A DNA stretch of 45,383 nucleotides, taken from a virus (lineage: Duplodnaviria; Caudoviricetes). This document shows, piece by piece, positions 34,269 to 42,773 of the stretch. Location: IMG/VR virus record IMGVR_UViG_3300020045_012446, positions 1 to 45,383 of that record; one strand, written 5' to 3'. Within the stretch, counting starts at the first letter, position 1; each line of letters opens with the position of its first letter. Under the pieces are notes generated by a model. The model was given only the letters and a program-made list of their open reading frames with translations, ran no database searches and was not told the origin of the DNA. Position numbers and translations under genes: made by a program.

Positions 34269-36536
34269 TTAAATTCTTCTATTTGCTATCGCCATTGGAG
34301 TACCTAATTCTTGAGACACTCTATTTCCATCTAAATTAACTACCATTCCTTTAGACATTACTCCAACTAAAGTATCTAATTTATGTATCATTACATCCAT
34401 TTTATTACCCAAAGTTGAAGCTAATATAGTAATACCTCCTTCACTACTTATTGGTTGGGATGTAATAGGTTTTTGGGAAGGATTTACATTTATGTTTGGA
34501 CTTACTGCTAATCCGTCTCCTTCGGTAGTTATAGCTGTTGCTCCATATTTATCCGTTACAGTAAATGGTCCTCTTGATGCATCTGCTATACCATCTTGTA
34601 CAGGTTGTGGAGATGTTGCTTCTCTTATTTTAGTTATAGCAAATCCTAATCCAGCTAAAATAACGGCTCCTGCTATACCAGCAGTTAATGATGAGGTCAA
34701 GAAAAAAGCTGCTATTCCTGCGGCAGTTAATAAAGATACTATCCCCCCCAATATTGGACCTAATTTATTAGCTAAATTCATTAATTCACCAAATGGGGTT
34801 ACTATATATCCAACAAGACTTGCGATATTCCCAAATAATGTCATTATAGGCATTAAAGGGGTTGCTAATGATACAAATAATTCTTTTAATTTCTCGATGG
34901 ATTGATTAAATTTTTCTTGATTGGATACTGAATTTAATTGGTCTGTTAACATCTCATCTCCAATCCTTTTCCTGGCTTCTTCTAACCCCACTTGTTTAAC
35001 TAAATTTTCAAACTTTTCTTGAGCGTTTTTACCATCTATTGAACCTAATTTAGATAAAGCAGACGATTCTAATAACATTCCAGCCATTTGATCCTTACTC
35101 ATACCCATAGATTTAGCTATGGATTCTTGTTGTAGAACATTCATTCCACTCCAAGTATTCAAATCAATTCCTTGTTTATTGATTTCTTTAGCAACTCCAG
35201 CAATATCGTTTGTTAAAGCAAAATATCTTGCTTTTTCTAAATTTAATTGTTTTCCCGTCATTACTTCGGCCTCAAACTCATTTGATATAGAACTTTCTAT
35301 ATCTAATAAAGATTGAGATATTCCCTCAATTTCTTTAATACTTGAACCCAATTTTTTTGCTTCAAAAGCGGCTTCTGCTAATTTACCAGGTTGACTTGAA
35401 TATGTTGCTAATAATCCCTTTGAAGTATTACTTATATCATTTAGTAATGCCTTTTCATTAATTGCTAAATTATTTTTTAAATTTAATGATTTAACTTGAC
35501 CTAAATATGTTGCTGCTAAATCTTTAGAATCTTTTTTGGTTATTATAGATAATCTAGATAAAGTTGTTGCCGCCTCAACAGAATATCCAGCCTGCTTAGT
35601 TAATTCAGTATAATTAATCAACATATTTCCACTTAAAGAGGTGTTTGTACCTAATGACGTGGATAGTTGATTTTGGGCCTCTACTAAATTTTTAGTTGTT
35701 AAAAATATTTCGTGGTTTGTTGATGATATTGCGGTTAATTTACTATTTAAATCAACAGCATTGTCGTATGATGTACCAAAATTTTTAGCAGTTTCTCCCG
35801 CCAAATCATCTATAGAGGTAAAGGCATCTATAAATTGTTTTAATAAAAATCCCCCTGATACTAAAGGTTCATTAAAGGCGTTCATTAATGCTTTTCCAAC
35901 ATTTTTTCCTATAACTCCTAATCCCTGAAGTTTTCCGCTTGCTCCATCTCTTAATTTTCCTTCACGCTCTAAATCAGATAATTGATCACGTGTTTGTTGT
36001 GCTATATTTCCGGTATCAATCCCAATTTTATCTAATAATCCACTCCATCCTTTTAATAAAACTCCCCCTATACCAAAAGATGAGTTAATTTTTTGTGATA
36101 ATTGAAGTTCTTGACCTAAAGATTTGCTGTTATCTTCATTTAAACGTTTTTGGTCTTCAAGTCCGGATATTATATCTATTAATAAATCTCTTTCTCTTCC
36201 AGAAGATAATACTGATTTTTCTTGTATTTGGAGTATTTCTGTATCTAATGATTTTTGGATATCTAGAGATTTTTTAATATCTCTAGTTATATCTCTTTCA
36301 GAGCGCATTAATTTTTCTCTTTCGCTAGCTTGGTCAACAAGTTGTTTACTTAATGAAGTTAAATCTCTATTAGCTTTATTTATTTTCAGTGCCTGTTCAC
36401 TAGATAATTTAGCTATATCAGACAACTGTTTAGCCAAAGAAACCTGTTCTTTAATTACATCAGCATTAATTCTATTAGTCTCTAATTGCTCAGATAATAA
36501 TTCATTTTGTAATTCTAAGTCGTCTATTCCTGCCAT
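34269..36536 (-). CDS. Tape measure protein
   Basis: Long helical Ala/Leu/Gln-rich protein with a hydrophobic Gly/Ala segment; follows the chaperone. Confidence 0.8.
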   Translation of the reverse strand: MAGIDDLELQNELLSEQLETNRINADVIKEQVSLAKQLSDIAKLSSEQALKINKANRDLTSLSKQLVDQASEREKLMRSERDITRDIKKSLDIQKSLDTEILQIQEKSVLSSGRERDLLIDIISGLEDQKRLNEDNSKSLGQELQLSQKINSSFGIGGVLLKGWSGLLDKIGIDTGNIAQQTRDQLSDLEREGKLRDGASGKLQGLGVIGKNVGKALMNAFNEPLVSGGFLLKQFIDAFTSIDDLAGETAKNFGTSYDNAVDLNSKLTAISSTNHEIFLTTKNLVEAQNQLSTSLGTNTSLSGNMLINYTELTKQAGYSVEAATTLSRLSIITKKDSKDLAATYLGQVKSLNLKNNLAINEKALLNDISNTSKGLLATYSSQPGKLAEAAFEAKKLGSSIKEIEGISQSLLDIESSISNEFEAEVMTGKQLNLEKARYFALTNDIAGVAKEINKQGIDLNTWSGMNVLQQESIAKSMGMSKDQMAGMLLESSALSKLGSIDGKNAQEKFENLVKQVGLEEARKRIGDEMLTDQLNSVSNQEKFNQSIEKLKELFVSLATPLMPIMTLFGNIASLVGYIVTPFGELMNLANKLGPILGGIVSLLTAAGIAAFFLTSSLTAGIAGAVILAGLGFAITKIREATSPQPVQDGIADASRGPFTVTDKYGATAITTEGDGLAVSPNINVNPSQKPITSQPISSEGGITILASTLGNKMDVMIHKLDTLVGVMSKGMVVNLDGNRVSQELGTPMAIANRRI

Positions 36537-36564
36537 TATTTTTTGTTTATATCAATAAATATAT

Positions 36565-36593
36565 AAAAAAGCTCCCTAGTTTTTGGGAGCTTT
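36565..36593 (-). terminator. Intrinsic terminator after the frameshifted chaperone extension
   Basis: AAAGCTCCC...GGGAGCTTTTTT. Confidence 0.75.
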
Positions 36594-36854
36594 AGTATTA
36601 GTTGTATATGAATTTAATGTTGTTGGTGGTTTAGCCATCTTTTCTGCAGCATTTTGAGCTGTTAATATTCCATTTTGTTTATCGGCTTCTTCATTTTTCT
36701 TTTCAAATCTTTTTTGAATTCGATTATAAGTGAATTTTCTTAACCAAATAGGCATATTATAAACGGTAGCCCAATCATATCCTTCCCCATATGTAACTAT
36801 TTCATCTATTTGTTCAAACAGACGTAGTCTATATTGTTGATTCAGGCCAAAAAA
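36576..36854 (-). CDS. Frameshift-accessed C-terminal extension of the tail assembly chaperone (92 sense codons), not in ORF track
   Basis: The +1 frame opens at the T7 run: FFGLNQQYRLRLFEQIDEIVTYGEGYDWATVYNMPIWLRKFTY...APKN*. No ATG occurs before the internal MPIW. Confidence 0.75.
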   Translation of the reverse strand, partial: FFGLNQQYRLRLFEQIDEIVTYGEGYDWATVYNMPIWLRKFTYNRIQKRFEKKNEEADKQNGILTAQNAAEKMAKPPTTLNSYTTNTKAPKN

Positions 36855-37575
36855 AGTTTAGAGTAATTGGTATTGCGATGCCCTCCACTTCATCACTATC
36901 TTTATAGATTAATTCAACATCAGGAGATACTCTTTTCATTTCCTCACGCAAACGTTTTGCATCTTTTGCTAACATTCCTTTGTCAATAAATTCACGTATA
37001 GTACCTACCTCTCTTTCTCCATTAATTGAAGTTATAATATATTTCATACGAGTAGATAATTCTGGAGAGGCAGCTTCAGGGAATAATTTTTTATAACTTG
37101 CTATTTCTTTAGTTATTTTTTGTTCATCGCCGTGAGTTAATAATTTATAAGTAACTTCATTTTCTGAATATGGTAAAGTGTATTTAAATTCATTTACTCG
37201 TTCAGTAATTAGTTCTTTTATATCTAATTCTTTATCTTCAAGTGTAGTTAAATCAATAACCTTTTCCGTACCATCAGTTAATGTAAACGCATAATCTTTA
37301 CCATAACCAAGTATGCGAGATGCTATTAATAGCGCATTTTTATCGCCTATAATCATGTCATCTAAATTAATTTTTGATACAAGTAACGATTCAATAACTT
37401 TATCTAAAACGGTCCCGTTTTTGATGTAGTTTTGATTTGTTAATATATCTTCACTTCGAGCAGTCATATAACTCATTTCTACTACTCCAGATGATAAAGG
37501 GTTATCTAATGGATATATGAGACCTTTTGAAGGAAGATCGATAAATTCTGTAGGTATTTTAAATTTTTGTTCCAT
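36829..37575 (-). CDS. Tail/baseplate-hub assembly chaperone (T4 gp26-like)
   Basis: LPSKG..MTARSEDIL..GD.NA.L..RILGYG..FFWP; lies upstream of the tape measure. Confidence 0.75.
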   Translation of the reverse strand: MEQKFKIPTEFIDLPSKGLIYPLDNPLSSGVVEMSYMTARSEDILTNQNYIKNGTVLDKVIESLLVSKINLDDMIIGDKNALLIASRILGYGKDYAFTLTDGTEKVIDLTTLEDKELDIKELITERVNEFKYTLPYSENEVTYKLLTHGDEQKITKEIASYKKLFPEAASPELSTRMKYIITSINGEREVGTIREFIDKGMLAKDAKRLREEMKRVSPDVELIYKDSDEVEGIAIPITLNFFWPESTI

Positions 37576-37619
37576 AATATTTTATTTATGTATATAAATA
37601 TATAATTAAATCAAAAAAT

Positions 37620-37904
37620 TTAGTATCCTTCATTAAATATATCAAAACTAGAAGGCTCTCCAACAGATATTAAATCTTGAGGGTTTTGAATTTTAGCCCA
37701 TATAGTCCACTTACCAGCAATTAAAGGAGATAATATATTGTAATATATTATTCCTTCCTCTGGGTTTTCGATTTCGGCATCCCACTCTCCTATATCTCCT
37801 GAAGGGGTTCTATATCCTATTTTGGATAGACTTCCAGATGATATATTTCTTCCAGTATTTAAACGTATAGTAACGTCTGTTTGAGTGTTATATATTTTTC
37901 CCAT
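37620..37904 (-). CDS. BppU-like small beta-sandwich adaptor
   Basis: G.I.Y...G.W...A pattern; last gene of the fibre-like cassette. Confidence 0.5.
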   Translation of the reverse strand: MGKIYNTQTDVTIRLNTGRNISSGSLSKIGYRTPSGDIGEWDAEIENPEEGIIYYNILSPLIAGKWTIWAKIQNPQDLISVGEPSSFDIFNEGY

Positions 37905-37908
37905 AATA

Positions 37909-39597
37909 TTATTTATTTGTTATATATTTTTCTATATATGAAGTTTTATAGATTTTATTATTTATTAAAGAGTTCAATGTAATATTTTTTGATTTAATTG
38001 ATGAATTTTGTAATAATACATTACATATAAATGATTTAATTAATAATTTATTATTAATTATTGACGATAAATATATTATATCATTATTTGAAAAATCATA
38101 CTCAATTCCTAGAGCATCTAAGAAAGAAATTAAGGAATGTGAATTTAATATAATATTATCTTCTATAATATTAAACACATCTACATCTAATGTAGAATTT
38201 TTATTTATTCCAACATAATTATCTCCTTCTAATACAGTATTTACATCTATTTCAGATAAGGAATTTAGATTTAAAATATGGTTTATATTTAATAATGATT
38301 CGATAATTAAAGATACATTTAAACCTAAATTTAAAGTATTACTAACTATAAGTAACGATTCAATTAAAAAATATACATCAATATCTGTTTTAAAAATATT
38401 ATTAATAATAGATGTAGAAGACAGTAAAATATTAGTTGAAATATTTTGATTTAATATTTCATTTATAGTAACTTGAGAATCTGTACTAACTCCTACAATA
38501 CTTATTAGATTAATTTGAGAACTTGCTTCTAATATTAAATCAAATAGAACTTGATTATTGATTTGTAATTCAATTTGAGATAACAATTCAGAGTACCCCT
38601 CTACCCCTAATTGAGAAGCTAATATTAATTGGAGTACAATATCTGATAAATTATCATATGATACTTCTATATTATTTTCAGTTATATATGCTATGTTGTT
38701 TAAATAGTTTGATAAATTAGAATCTAATAAAGAAGAATCAGTTAATAAATTAAGAGATTCGGATATATCTAAATTGTTTGTTGGGATGGTTTGATGATTG
38801 CTTTGTAATAAAATGGGTTGTTCTAATATTAATAAAGATGAATTATCTAAAGATTTATTAGTTTGAAGATATATATTCCCGTTTGTATCCAAAATAGAAT
38901 TTCCTATAGTTGTGTTATCAGATTGAATTAATAAACTTTCGTTTAATATGATAACATTATTAAGTTGAATATCATTATTAGATTGAATATTTATTATTCC
39001 TTCTATATTTATGTTTCCTTCCCCCACTATTATATTGTCAGATGATAATAATGTATTAGTGGTTATATCCATTATATTAATATTAGATACAGAAATATCA
39101 CTTTGAAGTGAAATATTATTATATGAATCTAAAATTGTATTTAAAGCAAGAGTATTATTAATTGATAAATTAATTAAAGGATTTATATCTAATATAATAC
39201 CATTAGTTATAGTAGTATCAGAAGATAAATTAATAATATTATTAAAATCCAACCCCCCAACTTCGCTAATAATTGAATCTGAATTTATATTAATATTATT
39301 ATCGGTAATAATATTATTTATGGCTGTTTGAATATTTTGGGAAGTTAAAAATAGTATATCATCTATATTTAGTATCCCATTATTATTAATAATAGCACCA
39401 AAAACTAAAGACAATACAGAATCTATTACTAAATCAGATTCATCATCTATTAAATTATTAGAAGTAAGTGAAATTGAATCATCATATATAGTTCCGGATG
39501 ATTGTATTCCAAAAAATTCATTATTTACAATAACAGAGGCATTAGAATTGCCTGTCCATAAAGCATCCCCGCCTCTATATCTTGTAAGTCTATTCAT
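37909..39597 (-). CDS. Low-complexity Ile/Asn/Leu/Ser/Asp-rich repetitive protein (fibre-shaft-like)
   Basis: Degenerate ~16-residue periodicity, very few basic residues in the core, extremely AT-rich. Confidence 0.6.
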   Translation of the reverse strand: MNRLTRYRGGDALWTGNSNASVIVNNEFFGIQSSGTIYDDSISLTSNNLIDDESDLVIDSVLSLVFGAIINNNGILNIDDILFLTSQNIQTAINNIITDNNININSDSIISEVGGLDFNNIINLSSDTTITNGIILDINPLINLSINNTLALNTILDSYNNISLQSDISVSNINIMDITTNTLLSSDNIIVGEGNINIEGIINIQSNNDIQLNNVIILNESLLIQSDNTTIGNSILDTNGNIYLQTNKSLDNSSLLILEQPILLQSNHQTIPTNNLDISESLNLLTDSSLLDSNLSNYLNNIAYITENNIEVSYDNLSDIVLQLILASQLGVEGYSELLSQIELQINNQVLFDLILEASSQINLISIVGVSTDSQVTINEILNQNISTNILLSSTSIINNIFKTDIDVYFLIESLLIVSNTLNLGLNVSLIIESLLNINHILNLNSLSEIDVNTVLEGDNYVGINKNSTLDVDVFNIIEDNIILNSHSLISFLDALGIEYDFSNNDIIYLSSIINNKLLIKSFICNVLLQNSSIKSKNITLNSLINNKIYKTSYIEKYITNK

Positions 39598-40436
39598 TAT
39601 CCATGAGCTATTTTACCACCACCTCTAATTGTTCCAGAAGATGTTGTAGAAGTCAAAACCATTGGGAAAATAGATGAACTATTAAAAATTTCGGGCAATC
39701 CCAACTGTGCCCAATCAGCAGTAAATTTAAAGTTAGCAATAGGACATCCAACAGTCATTCTTGGTCTTGTGGCAGTTATTCCAAAACTTCCCGCTGTCCC
39801 AGTAGTTGCCGATAGCGTTACCGAAACAACGCCTCGAATAAATTTCCCAGATTGTGCTGCAGGAATTAATGAATTTAAAGTAATTGCGTGTGATGCTGGT
39901 CGTGTCGCTGCTAATGATTGGGCTGTTAAATTTCCTGTTGTTCCGTCGTTATATGTAACGTTAACAGTAGCTGTAACTACGGTTGAACCTGTTGCGGTGT
40001 ACCATTCCAACCACCATTGCACATCACTGTAATTACTGTCTCCAATTCTTTCCGTTAAATTATCGGTTGCCAACAGAGAGTTTAAATCTAAATTTACAGT
40101 TTGAGCAGTTGCAACGTTTCCGACAAGTCCTCCCATATGCACCAGTCTATCGTGAAGCTCCATAGTCATAGCAGCATTTCCTGTTGCTAATTCTAAATAA
40201 GCCCCATAACTTGTTATAGGTAAAGTTTGTTGGGTAAAGTTTATAGCGCCTAAAGTAGTATTATTACAAACGGCTACTGCTGCAGGAATTGCTCCTTGAC
40301 CCGGCTGCCCAGTTGCTCTCCATAAACTACAATATGAGTTTGCTGTTTGTGAAGCGATGGAAGCTTTATCTATTATAATTCTTGATGAATTATTACCCAA
40401 CGCTTTTACAATTCCGTCTACTGTTTCAATTGCCAT
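39597..40436 (-). CDS. Virion structural protein (Thr/Ala/Gly-rich)
   Basis: Composition and position; GC-richer than the flanks. Confidence 0.6.
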   Translation of the reverse strand: MAIETVDGIVKALGNNSSRIIIDKASIASQTANSYCSLWRATGQPGQGAIPAAVAVCNNTTLGAINFTQQTLPITSYGAYLELATGNAAMTMELHDRLVHMGGLVGNVATAQTVNLDLNSLLATDNLTERIGDSNYSDVQWWLEWYTATGSTVVTATVNVTYNDGTTGNLTAQSLAATRPASHAITLNSLIPAAQSGKFIRGVVSVTLSATTGTAGSFGITATRPRMTVGCPIANFKFTADWAQLGLPEIFNSSSIFPMVLTSTTSSGTIRGGGKIAHG

Positions 40437-40452
40437 AATTAAGAACTAGTTA

Positions 40453-40947
40453 TTATGCAGAAGTAATACTGCAGGTTACGGTAACATTAAGTGTATCTCC
40501 AGATATTACAGAACGAGCTGTAGCAAACTCTCCGGCTCCTAATAATATTCCAGTTGTTCCTGATTTTGTTGAGTTGTTTACCAAAAACGCTCCACCAACA
40601 GTTGAAGTTCCATTTATTGTAAATACAGCTTTGGATGCAGAATTATCTACACTCCCCGCGGCGATTGTTCCTAAAACAAATGCTGGTCTTGTTGCATTTG
40701 AATAAGGGACTAATTCAGCCCATCCGGCATGAGAAGATATTGTGTCTGCAGCAATAGCGGGTACGGTGTCTTTTAATCCTACATACCAAGTTGGTGATGT
40801 AACTCCTGTTTTTAATGTTGCATCTAGATATTGATTTCTACCTGTAGTTACTACAAGATTTTCAAAATCATCCTCCCACTTTAAATTTCCGTTTTTATCA
40901 AAGCATTCTACTTTATAGAATTGCCCAATCGTAATATTATGTTCCAT
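40453..40947 (-). CDS. Fibre-like structural protein
   Basis: NLVVTTG...Y.GL...YS..TR...GDTLNVT pattern typical of small phage fibre subunits. Confidence 0.6.
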   Translation of the reverse strand: MEHNITIGQFYKVECFDKNGNLKWEDDFENLVVTTGRNQYLDATLKTGVTSPTWYVGLKDTVPAIAADTISSHAGWAELVPYSNATRPAFVLGTIAAGSVDNSASKAVFTINGTSTVGGAFLVNNSTKSGTTGILLGAGEFATARSVISGDTLNVTVTCSITSA

Positions 40948-41020
40948 ATTTTATATTAATTTGTTTATTATAAATATATTATTAGAATGGAAAAAATGGA
41001 TAAAAGTATTGTATAAAAAG

Positions 41021-41044
41021 AAACCCAACATTTCTGTTGGGTTT
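41021..41044 (-). terminator. Intrinsic terminator after the tail tube gene
   Basis: AAACCCAACA/TGTTGGGTTT stem followed by CTTTTT. Confidence 0.75.
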
Positions 41045-41079
41045 AAATTTAATTTAGTGCGACGCCATCGCAAGCGAAA

Positions 41080-41568
41080 TCACCAGTTTAAAATAGCATA
41101 ATCAAATGCAAGTTCTAATTGTAGTTGAATTGCTGAGTCTCCTGTGCTCCAATCGTAATCCCCGAAATCTGCGCTTTTTATAAATGCTCCTTTAATAAGC
41201 CATTCACTTACAATATCCCCAGCAGGACCCAATACTACCATTGAACAGTCTTTTTTATAGAAATCACTATATCCGTCACGTCCTGTTACAGACTCGTGAG
41301 CTAAACGTTGCCATTCCATTACTGCTTCTGCTCCAGAAGGGGCAATCGGATCATATAATTGAAGGGTTATATTATTCCATTTTACTTTACCTTTTACTTT
41401 ACGGTAAACATTAATATGGTCTAATGTTATTTCTCCCGAATCGAATGATGGGGATTTTGCTTTGTTAATTAAGTATGAAGGAATCCCATCTACATAAAAT
41501 ACAAAACGATTTGGTGTTTTTGGCTCAAAAGCCGTAAACATAAGTTCATTTGAATTTAATATTGCCAT
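41080..41568 (-). CDS. Tail tube protein (gp19-like)
   Basis: FEPK..NRF, W..I.L..YDP, YKKD, W...GAF, L.FDY. Confidence 0.88.
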   Translation of the reverse strand: MAILNSNELMFTAFEPKTPNRFVFYVDGIPSYLINKAKSPSFDSGEITLDHINVYRKVKGKVKWNNITLQLYDPIAPSGAEAVMEWQRLAHESVTGRDGYSDFYKKDCSMVVLGPAGDIVSEWLIKGAFIKSADFGDYDWSTGDSAIQLQLELAFDYAILNW

Positions 41569-41631
41569 TGTGTTTTTGTTATCTTATTATAATTATAAAT
41601 ATACAGAAAGAAAGTAGAGTTTATTTTTATT

Positions 41632-42675
41632 TTAATTATATACTCTTATTTCGAAATATCTTTGGTACAATAAATCATTTGCTTCTGAGCCATTATGTAC
41701 TCTTGTACTTATTGTAAAACTGTAATCGTCCAAAACTGTTATTGTTATTGAATACAATTGCGAACTCTCGCTTTGTTCATTTGTAAAGATTCCTCTGTGT
41801 TGCTCACACACTATACCATTTTGGAATAACGGGGCAGCCCCACTATCTAATTCTCCTTTATAATATCCATTACCTAAATAAGTGTATACTATCAAGTCTC
41901 CAAATGTATTTTCCAAATTGGTTGCTACTGGTGCCGAGGTTCCAGCTTGTGATAATAAAGCTGTATAAACCATGTATGGTTTTGAATCTGCTACTTTTTG
42001 ATCTACATATATTTTTTGTGTGTAATCTAGGTCTGTTATGTTTGAGGAATAATTTTGATTTCCTCGAATACCTCTTGAATCTAGTGTATTATCTTCAACA
42101 TAAACACCATCTATAGCCGAAACTCCTATATATTTTTGTATGCTATCTCCATTTGGATCATAATATCCAACTGATACATCATCTGGTGAAAAATATACAC
42201 CAGTTTCAGAATCAGTAACACTTCCGTTATTAGTTATATTTGAAGACTCTATTCGGATTCTCCCGGTCACAGGATTACTTATTGTAGTTCCTGTTAAAGG
42301 AATTGTTGTCATTGTTATATCATCTAATGTAGCTAATGTATAAATACCTTGAGGTTTTGAAGGATAATAAAAATCATTCTGTCCACCCCCAATTACTGGT
42401 AGACCGTAGTATAATGTTTTTGTATCAGCACCATCATTTTGTGTTATTTGAATAAAGTTTGAATGATAATTAGTAAATATTGCACTATTATTATTATCGT
42501 TTATTTGTATATATCCAGTAGTTTGATTATTTACATCTAATACATTTTGTAAATTTTGTGAAGTGTTATCGTTTATTTCTTTCAGAACTGTAGCAATGCG
42601 CTCTTTAGTATTGGCTCCATTTATGGTTTCATTCTTAATTCCATCTATTAGAGATTGTATTTCTGTTTTATTCAT
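41632..42675 (-). CDS. Fibre/decoration-like protein inserted between sheath and tube
   Basis: N-terminal IKNET..ANT..RI helix; C-terminal VYTALLSQAGT.AP...FEIRVYN domain; TAATG-coupled to the sheath extension. Confidence 0.6.
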   Translation of the reverse strand: MNKTEIQSLIDGIKNETINGANTKERIATVLKEINDNTSQNLQNVLDVNNQTTGYIQINDNNNSAIFTNYHSNFIQITQNDGADTKTLYYGLPVIGGGQNDFYYPSKPQGIYTLATLDDITMTTIPLTGTTISNPVTGRIRIESSNITNNGSVTDSETGVYFSPDDVSVGYYDPNGDSIQKYIGVSAIDGVYVEDNTLDSRGIRGNQNYSSNITDLDYTQKIYVDQKVADSKPYMVYTALLSQAGTSAPVATNLENTFGDLIVYTYLGNGYYKGELDSGAAPLFQNGIVCEQHRGIFTNEQSESSQLYSITITVLDDYSFTISTRVHNGSEANDLLYQRYFEIRVYN

Positions 42676-42773
42676 TATTCGAATGTATTATCAAAGGTGT
42701 TATCAAATATTCCCTCAGAAGTAAGGGGGGCGTTTCCTCCTTCAGAAGAGGAGTTACCCCCTTCTACTTTCCC
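42675..42773 (-). other. -1 programmed frameshift cassette and 30-aa sheath extension
   Basis: In-phase G GGA AAG (42773-42767) directly before TAG, with a GC-rich hairpin 5 nt downstream. The -1 frame reads VEGGNSSSEGGNAPLTSEGIFDNTFDNTFE*. Confidence 0.8.

Noticed and set aside
2141-42116. Plus-strand ORFs in the track (e.g. 2141, 4304, 34492, 36124, 39769)
   Set aside because: All are antisense shadows of well-supported minus-strand genes, with no recognisable motifs.
42722-42761. Intrinsic terminator after the sheath gene
   Set aside because: No U-tract follows. Its position 5 nt after a slippery heptamer within an open -1 frame fits a frameshift stimulator better.
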